A stretch of DNA of 64,000 bases from Eledone cirrhosa (lineage: Eukaryota). Position 1 is the first letter of the stretch. Each line of letters opens with the position of its first letter. This document shows positions 1 through 10,717 of the stretch, in pieces. The DNA lies in the NCBI GenBank assembly GCA_964016885.1, contig CAXHJY010000021.1:1-64000 (forward strand), in the 5' to 3' direction. The translations under genes and the position numbers were made by a program. The notes beneath the pieces were generated by a model that saw only the letters and a list, made by a program, of their open reading frames with translations, ran no database searches and had not been told where the DNA came from.

Positions 1-2354
1 GGTGGAACAATAAGGTAGATGAAGCAGTCAAGGCCAAGAGACAGGCATGGAAAGAATGGAAGAACGGGGGGAGCAGGGTACATTACATAGAGACCAAGAG
101 GGAAGCTAGGCGACAAGTATACTTAGCTAGGAGGGAAGCAGAGGATAGAAAATTCAAGCATGTTTTACAACGTGAGGACCAGAAACAGGAGGTAATCAAG
201 ATTGCGAGGCAGTGTGTCAGAGATAGTTGTGATGTCATTGGAGAGAAGTGTATCCGGAATGATAAAGGTGAGCTTGCCCTCACAAGTGCTGAGAAGAAAG
301 ATGCATGGAAGAGTCATTATGATAGATTACTAAATGAGGAGAATGCATGGGAAGAAGAGACCCTACCCCACGTAGACCCTATAGAGGGACCAGCAGTACA
401 AGTCAGCAGCAGCGTAGTAAGTAAGGCAATCAAAGATATGAAGATGGGGAAGGCAACCGGTCCATCGGGTATAGCTGCCGAGATGCTGAAGGCATCTGGG
501 TCTGTAGGTCACACTATAACCACACGTATCGTTAACCAGGTAATACTAGAGGGGGCCATACCAAAAGATTGGTGCAGTAGCATCATTGTCAACTGCTACA
601 AAGGTAAAGGCGATGCACTAGATAGAGGAAACTATAGAGGTATAAAGTTGATGGACCAGGTCATGAAAGTAACAGAAAGAGTTATAGCACAGCTGATTAG
701 GGACCGGGTGAATAGAGACGAGATGCAATTTGGGTTTGTACCAGGGAAAGGCACCACTGATGCCCTCTTCCTTGTGAGGCAATTACAGGAAAAGTACCTA
801 GCTAAAAGTAAGCCACTCTACTTGGCATTTGTCGACCTTGAGAAAGCCTTTGACAGAGTTCCACGTGCAGTAATCTGGTGGGCTCTTAGAAAACTAGGAG
901 TAGATGAATGGCTTGTGAAAGCGGTACAAGCCATGTATAGGGGAGCAGTCAGCAAAGTTAGGATTGGCAATGAGTATAGCGAGGAATTTAGCGTACAGGT
1001 TGGGGTCCACCAGGGCTCTGTTCTTAGCCCTCTCCTGTTCATCATTGTCCTGCAGGCAATAACGGAGGAGTTTAAGACCGGATGCCCATGGGAACTCCTG
1101 TATGCTGATGACCTCGCACTCATAGCTGAATCTATGGTAGAACTAGAGAATAAATTCCAAACCTGGAAGCAGGGACTAGAGAGAAAGGGCCTCAAAGTCA
1201 ACATGACAAAGACTAAGGTCCTTATAAGTAGACGAGAAAACAGAACCCAGATCCCCTCAGGGAAATGGCCTTGCTCAGTATGTAGGAAAGGTGTAGGTAG
1301 GAACTCCATTCTTTGCCCCAAATGCAAACAATGGGTACACAAGAGATGTAGCGGGATCTCAGGAAGCTTAATTAAGAATGTAGGATTCACATGCAGCAGC
1401 TGTGCTGAAACAGCAAGCAAACAGCCACAGGAAACAAGTACCACCAATCTCTGGGAGGGCCCTGTAGAAACAGTAGACAGCTTCTGCTACCTAGGTGACC
1501 GAATTAGCAACGGAGGTGGGTGCTCAGAAAGTACAATAACTAGGGTAAGAACGGGATGGAAGAAGTTTAGGGAACTACTACCACTGCTAGCTGCAAAAGG
1601 CTTCTCCCTCAGAATGAAAGGCAGACTGTATGATGCGTGTATCCGAACAGCGATGTTGCATGGTAGTGAGACCTGGGCGCTGAAGGTGGAAGACTTACGT
1701 AGATTAGAGAGAAACGAAGCCTGCATGCTCCGATGGATGTGTAACAGTAATATACGTGAACGACAAAGCATAAAGGAATTGAGAGAGAGACTGAGCATAA
1801 GAGGAATCAAATGCTGCGTGCAGGAGAGGCGGTTACGCTGGTATGGACATGTGATGCGTATGAAGGATGACAGCTGCATAAAAAGGTGCAGAGCACTAGA
1901 AGTTGATGGAAACCGCGGAGTGGGGAGACCCAAGATGACTTGGGATGAGGTGATAAAAGCCGACCTTACCCAACTACACCTCTCAAAGTCAATGACACAC
2001 GACCGTGACCTCTGGCGTCACGCTGTAATACAGGGTACCCGATCTCCCATGGGTACATGCTGAAGTATATAAACAATATGACCCCCCCCCCCCACCGCAA
2101 GGTGGTCGTGGAGGTGCCATGGCAAAAAAGCACCCAGCCCACACTGTAAAGTGGACGTGTAGGCGCCACGAAAAAGCACCCAGCACTCACTGCAAATGAG
2201 GTTGGTGTTAGGAAGGGCATCCAGCTGTAGAAATCAAGCCAGATCAGTTCCTGTATGAGCAAGGCATGGTCAGCCGACCAGACACTGCCCACAACAGGAC
2301 AACCCGTCTAACCCATGGTAGCGTGGAAGAACGGACGTAAAACGGTGATGATGA
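1..2354 (+). mobile_element. RTE-clade (BovB-like) LINE, 3' part; continues upstream of the window
   Basis: Contains the RT ORF, then a ~290-bp 3' UTR ending ACGGACGTAAAACGGTGATGATGA that runs directly into a (TA)n tract. Confidence 0.93.
3..2063 (+). CDS. RTE ORF (linker + reverse transcriptase with inserted PHD-type finger), open from the window edge
   Basis: Manual translation finds no stop from position 3 (WNNKVDEAVK...) into the 438..2063 ORF. Motifs: [66 protein letters not shown]. Confidence 0.92.
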   Translation, partial: WNNKVDEAVKAKRQAWKEWKNGGSRVHYIETKREARRQVYLARREAEDRKFKHVLQREDQKQEVIKIARQCVRDSCDVIGEKCIRNDKGELALTSAEKKDAWKSHYDRLLNEENAWEEETLPHVDPIEGPAVQVSSSVVSKAIKDMKMGKATGPSGIAAEMLKASGSVGHTITTRIVNQVILEGAIPKDWCSSIIVNCYKGKGDALDRGNYRGIKLMDQVMKVTERVIAQLIRDRVNRDEMQFGFVPGKGTTDALFLVRQLQEKYLAKSKPLYLAFVDLEKAFDRVPRAVIWWALRKLGVDEWLVKAVQAMYRGAVSKVRIGNEYSEEFSVQVGVHQGSVLSPLLFIIVLQAITEEFKTGCPWELLYADDLALIAESMVELENKFQTWKQGLERKGLKVNMTKTKVLISRRENRTQIPSGKWPCSVCRKGVGRNSILCPKCKQWVHKRCSGISGSLIKNVGFTCSSCAETASKQPQETSTTNLWEGPVETVDSFCYLGDRISNGGGCSESTITRVRTGWKKFRELLPLLAAKGFSLRMKGRLYDACIRTAMLHGSETWALKVEDLRRLERNEACMLRWMCNSNIRERQSIKELRERLSIRGIKCCVQERRLRWYGHVMRMKDDSCIKRCRALEVDGNRGVGRPKMTWDEVIKADLTQLHLSKSMTHDRDLWRHAVIQGTRSPMGTC

Positions 2355-2366
2355 ATATATATATAT

Positions 2367-2398
<32 letters not shown>

Positions 2399-2954
2399 AT
2401 ATAACATATATATATAATATATATATATATATAATATATGACATATATATATAATATATATATATATTATATATATATATATATAATATATATATATATA
2501 TAATATATAATATATATATATATATAACATATATATATATATAATATATATATATATAATAAATGTATATATATATAATATATAACATATATATATATAA
2601 TATATAATATATAAAATATATAATATATAAAATATATAATATATAAAATATATAATATATAAAATATATAATATATATATAATATATATAATATATAAAA
2701 TATATAATATATATATAACATATAAAATATATAATATATATATAACATATATAATATATAAAATATATAATATATAAAATATAAAATATATAATATATAT
2801 AATATATATATAATATAATATATAAAATATATATATAATATAATATATAAAATATATATATATAATATATATAACATATATATATAATATATATAATATA
2901 TATATATATATAATATAATATATATAATATATATATATAATATATATATATAAT

Positions 2955-3001
<47 letters not shown>

Positions 3002-3109
3002 ATATATATAATATATATATATAATATAATATATATAATATATATATAATATATATATATAACCCATGCAAGCGTGGAAGATGGACATTAAACGATGATG
3101 ATGATGATG

Positions 3110-3148
<39 letters not shown>
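2355..3148. repeat. Compound (TA)n/(TAA) microsatellite tract
   Basis: Directly visible; it produces the spurious Y/I-rich ORFs. Confidence 0.97.
3061..3110 (+). mobile_element. 50-bp extremely 5'-truncated RTE 3' end
   Basis: AACCCATGCAAGCGTGGAAGATGGACATTAAACG(ATG)n matches the terminus of the other RTE copies; flanked by (TA)n on both sides. Confidence 0.85.
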
Positions 3149-3151
<3 letters not shown>

Positions 3152-3446
3152 CTGTCTTAACGACATCACAACTTTCTCCGCTTGGCCTGTTCCCCCCCTT
3201 CTAGAACTATCCCCCGTTGATGGGCGTGAGCCCGAAATATTTGGATTAAATCTGCACTACAGTAACCCTTCTACCTTTGTTTTGTTTTCATCTTTGTCTC
3301 TCTCAATTTTCACTTTCACCTGTTTTTCCTATCTATCTTTCACTTCCTACCTCGAGATTTCCCTCTGCATTGTTGTGGCTTTCTTAACTACGTATTTTAC
3401 ACATTTCACAATGCTTCAAGCAAACTTTAACACCCTCTTATATATA

Positions 3447-6400
3447 TCATCATCATCATCATCATCAACGTTTAACGTCCGTGTTCCACGCTTGCATGGG
3501 TTTGGACGGGGGTAGTCCCACTTGAGGCAAGAGTGATTGTCTTGCTCGCATAGGACTGTCTGGCAGGTTTTCTACAGTTGGATGCCCTTCCTAACACCAA
3601 CCACATTTACAGTGTGGGTCTGGGAGGTTTTTACCGTGTTGCCTACACGGCCACATTACAGCATGGACTGTGTGTTTTTTTGTCGTGACACCTACACGAT
3701 CTCATTTGTTTCGGCCTGGATGGCGCGGCACCAACATAACTTTACATAGAACGGGGTGGTGTGGATGGGGTGGGGGTGGCGGCGGGAGGGGTGTATTTTG
3801 TTAGAGATGCCTACTGGCAAGGCGGGTCTTCTCTGTTACTGAGTACCGCCAAAGGTCACGGTCCAGTGACATTGTCTTGGAGAGGTGTAAGTGTGTGAGG
3901 TCGGAGTTTATCAGCTCATCCCATGTTTTTCTAGGTCTGCCTATTCCGTGGCTACCGTCTATCTTTATTGCCCTGCACTTTGTAATACAGCTATCGACTT
4001 TCATGCGCATCACGTGTCCATACCAACGCAGCCTTCTCTCGAGTAAACAACATCTGATCCCTCTTATCTCTAATTTTTTCCTTAGTTCGTTTATGCTTTG
4101 CCGTTCACGTATATTACTGTTACACATCCAGCGGAGCATGCAAGCTTCGTTCCTCTCTAGTCTGCGTATATCCTCTGCACACAATGCCCAGGTCTCACTA
4201 CCATGCAACATTGCTGTTCGTATGCAGGCATCGTACAACCTGCCTTTCATTTTTAGGGAGAACCCTTTAGCAGCTAATAGTGGTATAAGCTCTCTGAACT
4301 TTTTCCAACCAGTTCTGACTCTAGCTACAGTACTTTCAGAGCACCCTCCCCCACTGCTGATTTTATCGCCCAGGTAACGGAAGCTGTCCACTATTTCTAT
4401 AAAACCCTCTGCGCAATTGAAAGAGCTAGTATTTTGTGGGCACTTGCTGCTACTTATTGCACCAGAACACCGGCCACATGTAAAATCTATGTTCTTAGTT
4501 AGCTTACCTGTGATTCCACTACATCTTTTATGCACCCATACTTTGCATTTAGGACATAAAATGGAGTTTCTACCTACGCCTTTCCTACACACCGAGCACG
4601 ACCATTTCCCAGAAGGGACCGCCGCCTTGTTTTCTTTCCTACAAACTAGAACTTTGGTCTTAGCCAGGTTAATTTTAAGTCCTTTTGACTCTAGGCCGTG
4701 CTTCCATGTTTGGAATTTCTTCTCTAGCTCGGCCATTGATTCCGCTATGAGTGTCAGGTCGTCTGCGTATAGGAGTTCCCATGGGCAGCCTGTCTTGAAC
4801 TCCTCTGTTATAGCCTGAAGGGCAATAATAAATAGTAGGGGGCTGAGAACAGAGCCCTGATGGACGCCAACTTTTACGCTAAACTCTTCACTATATTCGT
4901 TGTTAATTCTAACCTTGCTGACTGTTTCTTTATACATGGCTTGTATAGCCCTCACAAGCCATTCGTCAACGCCTAGTTTTCTAAGAGCCCACCAGATAAT
5001 GGAGCGGGGGACTCTGTCGAAGGCTTTCTCCAGGTCGACAAAAGCTAAGTAGAGGGGTTTACCTTTAGCTAGGTACTTCTCCTGTAGTTGTCGTACTATG
5101 AAAAGAGCGTCTGTGGTGCTTTTGCCTGACACAAACCCGAACTGCATTTCATCTAGATCAATTCTCTCTCTGATTAGTTGCGCTATTACTTTTTCCGTGA
5201 CCTTCATGACCTGGTCGATTAATTTAATGCCTCTATAGTTACTCCTATCTAGGGCGTCTCCTTTACCCTTATAACAGTTAACGATGATGCTGCTATGCCA
5301 GTCCTTCGGAACAACCCCATTCTGTACGACTTGGTTAACTATGCGGGTGACCATGGTGTGTCCCACCGTGCCAGATGCCTTCAGCATCTCAGCAACTATT
5401 TCCGAAGGCCCAGCCGCCTTACCAGTCTTCATATCCTTGATTGCCTTACTTATTATACTCCCCTCGACTAACACTGCTGGTCCCTCTATCGGGTCGATAT
5501 GGGGGAGACTGTCTTTCTCCCATTTATTCTCCTCATTTAGTAGCCTTTCATAGTGACACTTCCAAGCTACCTTCTTATCAGTGTCGGTGATGGCAAGTAT
5601 GCCATCATCGTTAAGTACACACTTCTCCCCGACAATATCACGGTTTTCCTTGACGCATTGCCTGGCAATCCTGAACACCTCACGTTTTTGGTCATCGCGT
5701 TGTAGAACATGCTTGAACTTTCTTTCCTCAGCTTCCCTTCTTGCTAAGTACACTTCTCTCCTAGCTTCCCTCCTGGCCACTTGATAGTCTACTCTACTTC
5801 CCCCATCCCGCCATACTTTCCAAGCCTGCTTTTTGGCCTTAATTGACCCCTCCACCTTACTGTTCCACCACCATGTTACTCTCCTCCTGCCTACAGGCCT
5901 GCTCCAGCCACAGACTTCGTCTGTCGCCAACAGCAGGTTTGCTTTCAGAAATTTCCACTGTCCCTCTATATTGTCCGATTCTAGATGCTCTTCCTTACTG
6001 TCGAAAGCATCAAGTAATATGCTTTGAAATTTATTTCTGGCTGTGGGGTCCTTTAGTTTCCATATTTTTCTCCTGAGGATAGTCCTCTTCTGCTGTCGGG
6101 TGCGTCTCGTCCTGACTATGAGGTCGCTAATTATCAGTCTATGTTGGGAGGTGCATTCTTCATGGGGGAGGGATTTAGTGTTTACAACAGACACTCTGTC
6201 ACGTCTTCTGGTAAGGATATAATCTACCTGGCTTGTGTGTTCCCCGGATCTATAGGTAATCAGGTGATTGTCACGTTTTTTGAAGTTAGTGTTACAGATA
6301 GTTAGGTTATTTGCATCACAGTATTCCAGAATTCTGGAGCCTTCCTCATTTCTAGTACCAAACCCATAGCCTCCATGGATTTCGTCATAGCCGTCACAAT

Positions 6401-6668
6401 GTTGTCCAACGTGACCATTTAGGTCGCCTGCAATAATTATATAGTCACTGTCAGATATTTGGGAGGTAGTTAGCAACAGTGTCTCATAGAATCTGTCTTT
6501 TATAGTGCCGGGCAGTCCGGATTGGGGTGCGTACGCAGATATTACTGTCACCGTAGTTCTATTGAGGACAAGTCTTATTTTAATTATTCTGTCGTTCACT
6601 CTATTTACGTCTATTATCTTATCTGCCCACTTTTCTGCTACCATGATTCCTACTCCACCCAGCCCATC
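3447..6668 (-). mobile_element. Young RTE-clade LINE, 5'-truncated within the APE endonuclease
   Basis: (CAT)n tail at 3447-3467 on the + strand, ~350-bp 3' UTR, uninterrupted ORF; 5' end abuts (TA)n at 6669. Confidence 0.95.
3801..6644 (-). CDS. RTE ORF: AP endonuclease (N-terminally truncated) + RT with PHD-type insert, 947 aa
   Basis: APE motifs SAYAPQ, GDLNGHVG, QVDYIL, SQHRL; RT motifs DLEKAFD, GVHQGSVLSP, YADD, YLG; no internal stops. Confidence 0.95.
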   Translation of the reverse strand: MVAEKWADKIIDVNRVNDRIIKIRLVLNRTTVTVISAYAPQSGLPGTIKDRFYETLLLTTSQISDSDYIIIAGDLNGHVGQHCDGYDEIHGGYGFGTRNEEGSRILEYCDANNLTICNTNFKKRDNHLITYRSGEHTSQVDYILTRRRDRVSVVNTKSLPHEECTSQHRLIISDLIVRTRRTRQQKRTILRRKIWKLKDPTARNKFQSILLDAFDSKEEHLESDNIEGQWKFLKANLLLATDEVCGWSRPVGRRRVTWWWNSKVEGSIKAKKQAWKVWRDGGSRVDYQVARREARREVYLARREAEERKFKHVLQRDDQKREVFRIARQCVKENRDIVGEKCVLNDDGILAITDTDKKVAWKCHYERLLNEENKWEKDSLPHIDPIEGPAVLVEGSIISKAIKDMKTGKAAGPSEIVAEMLKASGTVGHTMVTRIVNQVVQNGVVPKDWHSSIIVNCYKGKGDALDRSNYRGIKLIDQVMKVTEKVIAQLIRERIDLDEMQFGFVSGKSTTDALFIVRQLQEKYLAKGKPLYLAFVDLEKAFDRVPRSIIWWALRKLGVDEWLVRAIQAMYKETVSKVRINNEYSEEFSVKVGVHQGSVLSPLLFIIALQAITEEFKTGCPWELLYADDLTLIAESMAELEKKFQTWKHGLESKGLKINLAKTKVLVCRKENKAAVPSGKWSCSVCRKGVGRNSILCPKCKVWVHKRCSGITGKLTKNIDFTCGRCSGAISSSKCPQNTSSFNCAEGFIEIVDSFRYLGDKISSGGGCSESTVARVRTGWKKFRELIPLLAAKGFSLKMKGRLYDACIRTAMLHGSETWALCAEDIRRLERNEACMLRWMCNSNIRERQSINELRKKLEIRGIRCCLLERRLRWYGHVMRMKVDSCITKCRAIKIDGSHGIGRPRKTWDELINSDLTHLHLSKTMSLDRDLWRYSVTEKTRLASRHL

Positions 6669-7148
<480 letters not shown>

Positions 7149-7348
7149 ATAGGAACAAGTAAGACCCCGACGACTGAGCTCAAGCCGTTTCGACGGCTAA
7201 TTCTGGACTGAGTCCAGAATTAGCCGTTGAAACGGCTTGAGCTCAGCCGTCGGGGTCTTACTTGTTCCTATTACCCACTCTACTACCCTAAGTATTGAGT
7301 ACTTTGGTGCGTTATGGTCCACCTGGTTCCTTACCACATTTCCTTCGT
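7149..7348. repeat. 123-bp palindrome plus conserved tail; TA-embedded hairpin element
   Basis: 61-bp arms (7149-7209 / 7211-7271), 1-nt loop, 2 mismatches. Tail ACCCACTCTACTAC..AAGTAT.GAGTACT.TGGTG is shared with 10453-10652. Confidence 0.85.
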
Positions 7349-7421
7349 TATATATATAATATATATAACTTATATAATATAATATATATATTTATATATA
7401 CATACACACACACACACATAA

Positions 7422-7575
7422 TCATCATCGTTTAACATCCATCTACCATGTTAGCATGGGTTGGATGGTTTTGTCCCACTTGAGGCGAGATTGGTCAGGA
7501 GGCCGTATCTCACTCGTACAGAACTGGATGCCCTCCCTAACACCAACCACATTTACAGTGTGGACTAGGAACTTT
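7422..7575 (-). mobile_element. RTE 3'-UTR fragment (long-UTR type)
   Basis: CATCATCGTTTAACATCC...GGATGCCCTCCCTAACACCAACCACATTTACAGTG, similar to 3447-3620. Confidence 0.8.
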
Positions 7576-8259
7576 TTACACAATATACATACAATATATA
7601 TATACACATTTATATTTATACGCGCGCACACACACACATTATATATATATATATATATATATTAGAAAGATCGAGTATCGAAAAATCGGCGCACGAGTTC
7701 ACGATAAACAAAATTCGAAATGAGCGGCAGAGGGCTCAATAATTCAGATGAATCAGAGCTATAACTATCGTTAAAATACCGTCACATATAGAACAAGTCT
7801 ACAATCAACCATACGATAAAAAATCGATAATAGAAGATTCGGGACAAACAGATAAAAAATATCAATAAAACAATACATCAATAATTTAAAATGAAAAGTG
7901 GGCCTGTTTAGAAAGCCGTACAATGCAAGTGGGTTAAAATTACCGAAATAACAAGTCAGGAAGGGAATTGTGAAAGATGAAGCATAAAGCAAAAAATGAG
8001 GAGAAAAAAATAACAAAATAAAATAAAAGAAAGAATGACAGAAATTTATGTTATCAATTTATTAGTCTCCAAATTTTTCGGATTTACCATCCATTATCAA
8101 AAGGCCTCCAGGATGGGAGAGGAGGGAATTTTTTTTTCAAGAAATCAGAAATTTCTTTATTGGTGGCTGTTTATTTTTTCAATTTCTAAACACACCCACT
8201 TCAATTTCATATTCCACAGTGCTCCAAGCAAATTATCACACCATCTTATATATATATAT

Positions 8260-8322
8260 ATATACATGTGTGTGTACATATATATGTAAATATATGTGTA
8301 CACAGACATATATAGATATGTG

Positions 8323-8357
<35 letters not shown>

Positions 8358-8540
8358 GTGTGTGTATAGAGAGAGAGAGAGAGGGAGGGAGAGAGAGAGG
8401 GGGAGGGAGAGAGAGAGGGAGGGAGAGAGAGGGAGGGAGAGAGATAGGGGGGGGGAGAGAGAGGTAGGGAGAGAGAGAGGGAGGGAGGGAGAGAGAGAGG
8501 TGTGTGTGTGTATATATATATATATATAGATAGATGTGTG

Positions 8541-8573
<33 letters not shown>

Positions 8574-8658
8574 ATGTATATATATATATATATAGATGTG
8601 TGCGTGTATGTATATAGAGAGAGAGATGTCTGTATGTATGTATATGTATGTATGTATG

Positions 8659-8698
<40 letters not shown>

Positions 8699-8810
8699 TG
8701 TGTATGTATGTATATGTATGTATATATATATATATATATTTATTAAAATAACAGATTAAAGTTTAAGCAAAGAATCGCTGCTATATTACTATATATATAT
8801 ATATATATAG
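8260..8810. repeat. Mixed (TA)/(TG)/(GA)/(GGGA)/(TATG) microsatellites
   Basis: Directly visible. Confidence 0.95.
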
Positions 8811-8848
8811 TTAAAAGAATAGAGGTGTAACACACAAGTTATTATATA

Positions 8849-9152
8849 TTGGTAAACGGAATAGAAAATGCTGACAAATTGTTCACAGTTGAAAAATGGT
8901 TTAATTAGGAATAAAAGAGTATTAGTAATTGTATGGGTTAATAGTTAGTTGTGTTTTTAAGTTTTTAAGTTTATACCGGTTGCGCATTTCTAAATGCTTT
9001 TCAAATGCTTAACAAATACGGATCCCGTCTAAACACTTCTCCCTAAGACGAACCCACAACATACATACCTACATCAGCACACATCTCTACCCACATATAA
9101 ACACAATGACATACGTAAACACACATGCTCTATGGTGCAACACAAAAAAATA

Positions 9153-9192
<40 letters not shown>

Positions 9193-10118
9193 ATATATGT
9201 GTATATATATATAGTGAATGTCACACCTTTTATTGTTAAGATTTTTGATGTTCTATTAAGAGAACCGATTTTACTGAAAATATCGAATAATGTACACCAT
9301 TTTACCAGGGGGAAAAAAAATACTGGTCCACCCACACACATGCGTACATTAACATACAAAGAGACTTATACACACACACACTTCTCCGTATAAGACAAAA
9401 GCTGAAAAACATCTTTTGACATGCTAAAATACCCCCCCACTGCTTACAGACACATTTCTACTGACCATCCCTGCTACCGCGAAATACTCTGCTATATACA
9501 CACACACACACACACACACTTATCTTAATAGCCATTTGACACACATCCCTGCTAACCATTATCACAACATCGAACACCTTACTACTACTACTACTACTAC
9601 TACACACACACACACACACACACACATTTGTTGTGAAAGAGCCATTTCTCAGTCTTGGCGCAAAATCAATTTTTTATTCACATGACCTCTACCGACCAAT
9701 CAAAATTGTTTTGACCACAAGAATTTTTGCAAACACCAAGTAGCGCTGGAGCCACTTTTCTAACATAAAAACAGTCTTGGCGCAAAATCAATTTTTTACA
9801 TTCACATGACCTCTACCGACCAATCAAAATTGTTTTGACCACAAGAATTTTTGTAACACCAAAGTAGCGCTGGAGCCACTTTTTTAACATAAAAACAGGT
9901 AGAATTCCCAAAACTAATCAGATCAGAGCAAACAACACGGACACTCTATCTCAAAATTATTTTTGAAAGGCATTTAGAAATGCGCAACCGGTAAAAACTT
10001 AAAAACTTAAAACCACAACTGAATACTAACCCATACAATTACTAATACTCTTTTATTCCTAATTAAACCATTTTTCAACTGTGAACAATTTGTCAGCATT
10101 TTCTATTCCGTTTACCAA
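8849..10118. mobile_element. Non-coding element with ~157-bp terminal inverted repeats and an internal 122-bp tandem duplication (foldback or Penelope-like)
   Basis: 8849-9005 is the near-exact reverse complement of 9962-10118. 9650-9771 is repeated at 9772-9897. TA-rich flanks. Confidence 0.75.
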
Positions 10119-10132
10119 TATATATATATAGC

Positions 10133-10186
<54 letters not shown>

Positions 10187-10367
10187 TTATATAAGTATAT
10201 ATATATAAGTATATATATATATATATGTGTGTGTGTATGTATGTATGTATATATATATATATATACTGTACGTCTGTCTACATAGATGTATGTATGTATA
10301 CATACTTATATTTAAGTAACAGCCGTACTAAGAGTGAGAAATGAAATTTTGTTTCATTTTTTCCATT

Positions 10368-10442
<75 letters not shown>

Positions 10443-10452
10443 ATATATATAT

Positions 10453-10647
10453 ATATGAAAAATTAGGTACCCCAACGGCTGGGCTCCTACCGTTTCAACA
10501 GCTAGATCCAAGCACCTTCGGATCTAGGTGTTGAAATGGCAGGAGCTCAGCCGTCAGGGTCCCAAATTTTTCATATTACCCACTCTACTACTCCAAGTAT
10601 CGAGTACTCTGGTGAGTCATAGTCTAATTGGTTTTTATCATTTCCAT

Positions 10648-10652
<5 letters not shown>
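10453..10652. repeat. Second, more degenerate TA-embedded hairpin element
   Basis: Arms ATATGAAAAATT.GG.ACCC..ACGGCTG.GCTCCT.CC.TTTCAACA.CTAGATCC and their reverse complement end at 10576; same tail as at 7272. Confidence 0.8.

Positions 10653-10717
<65 letters not shown>

Noticed and set aside
2244-3169. Long Y/I-rich ORFs (also 6500-7180, 58700-59600, 60220-60675, 61559-62926)
   Set aside because: These are translations of (TA)n microsatellites, not genes.
818-6076. Antisense ORFs overlapping the RTE ORFs (e.g. 818..1447, 1487..1933, 3877..4377, 4417..4818)
   Set aside because: Shadow frames of the RT coding strand, with no recognisable motifs and inconsistent boundaries between copies.
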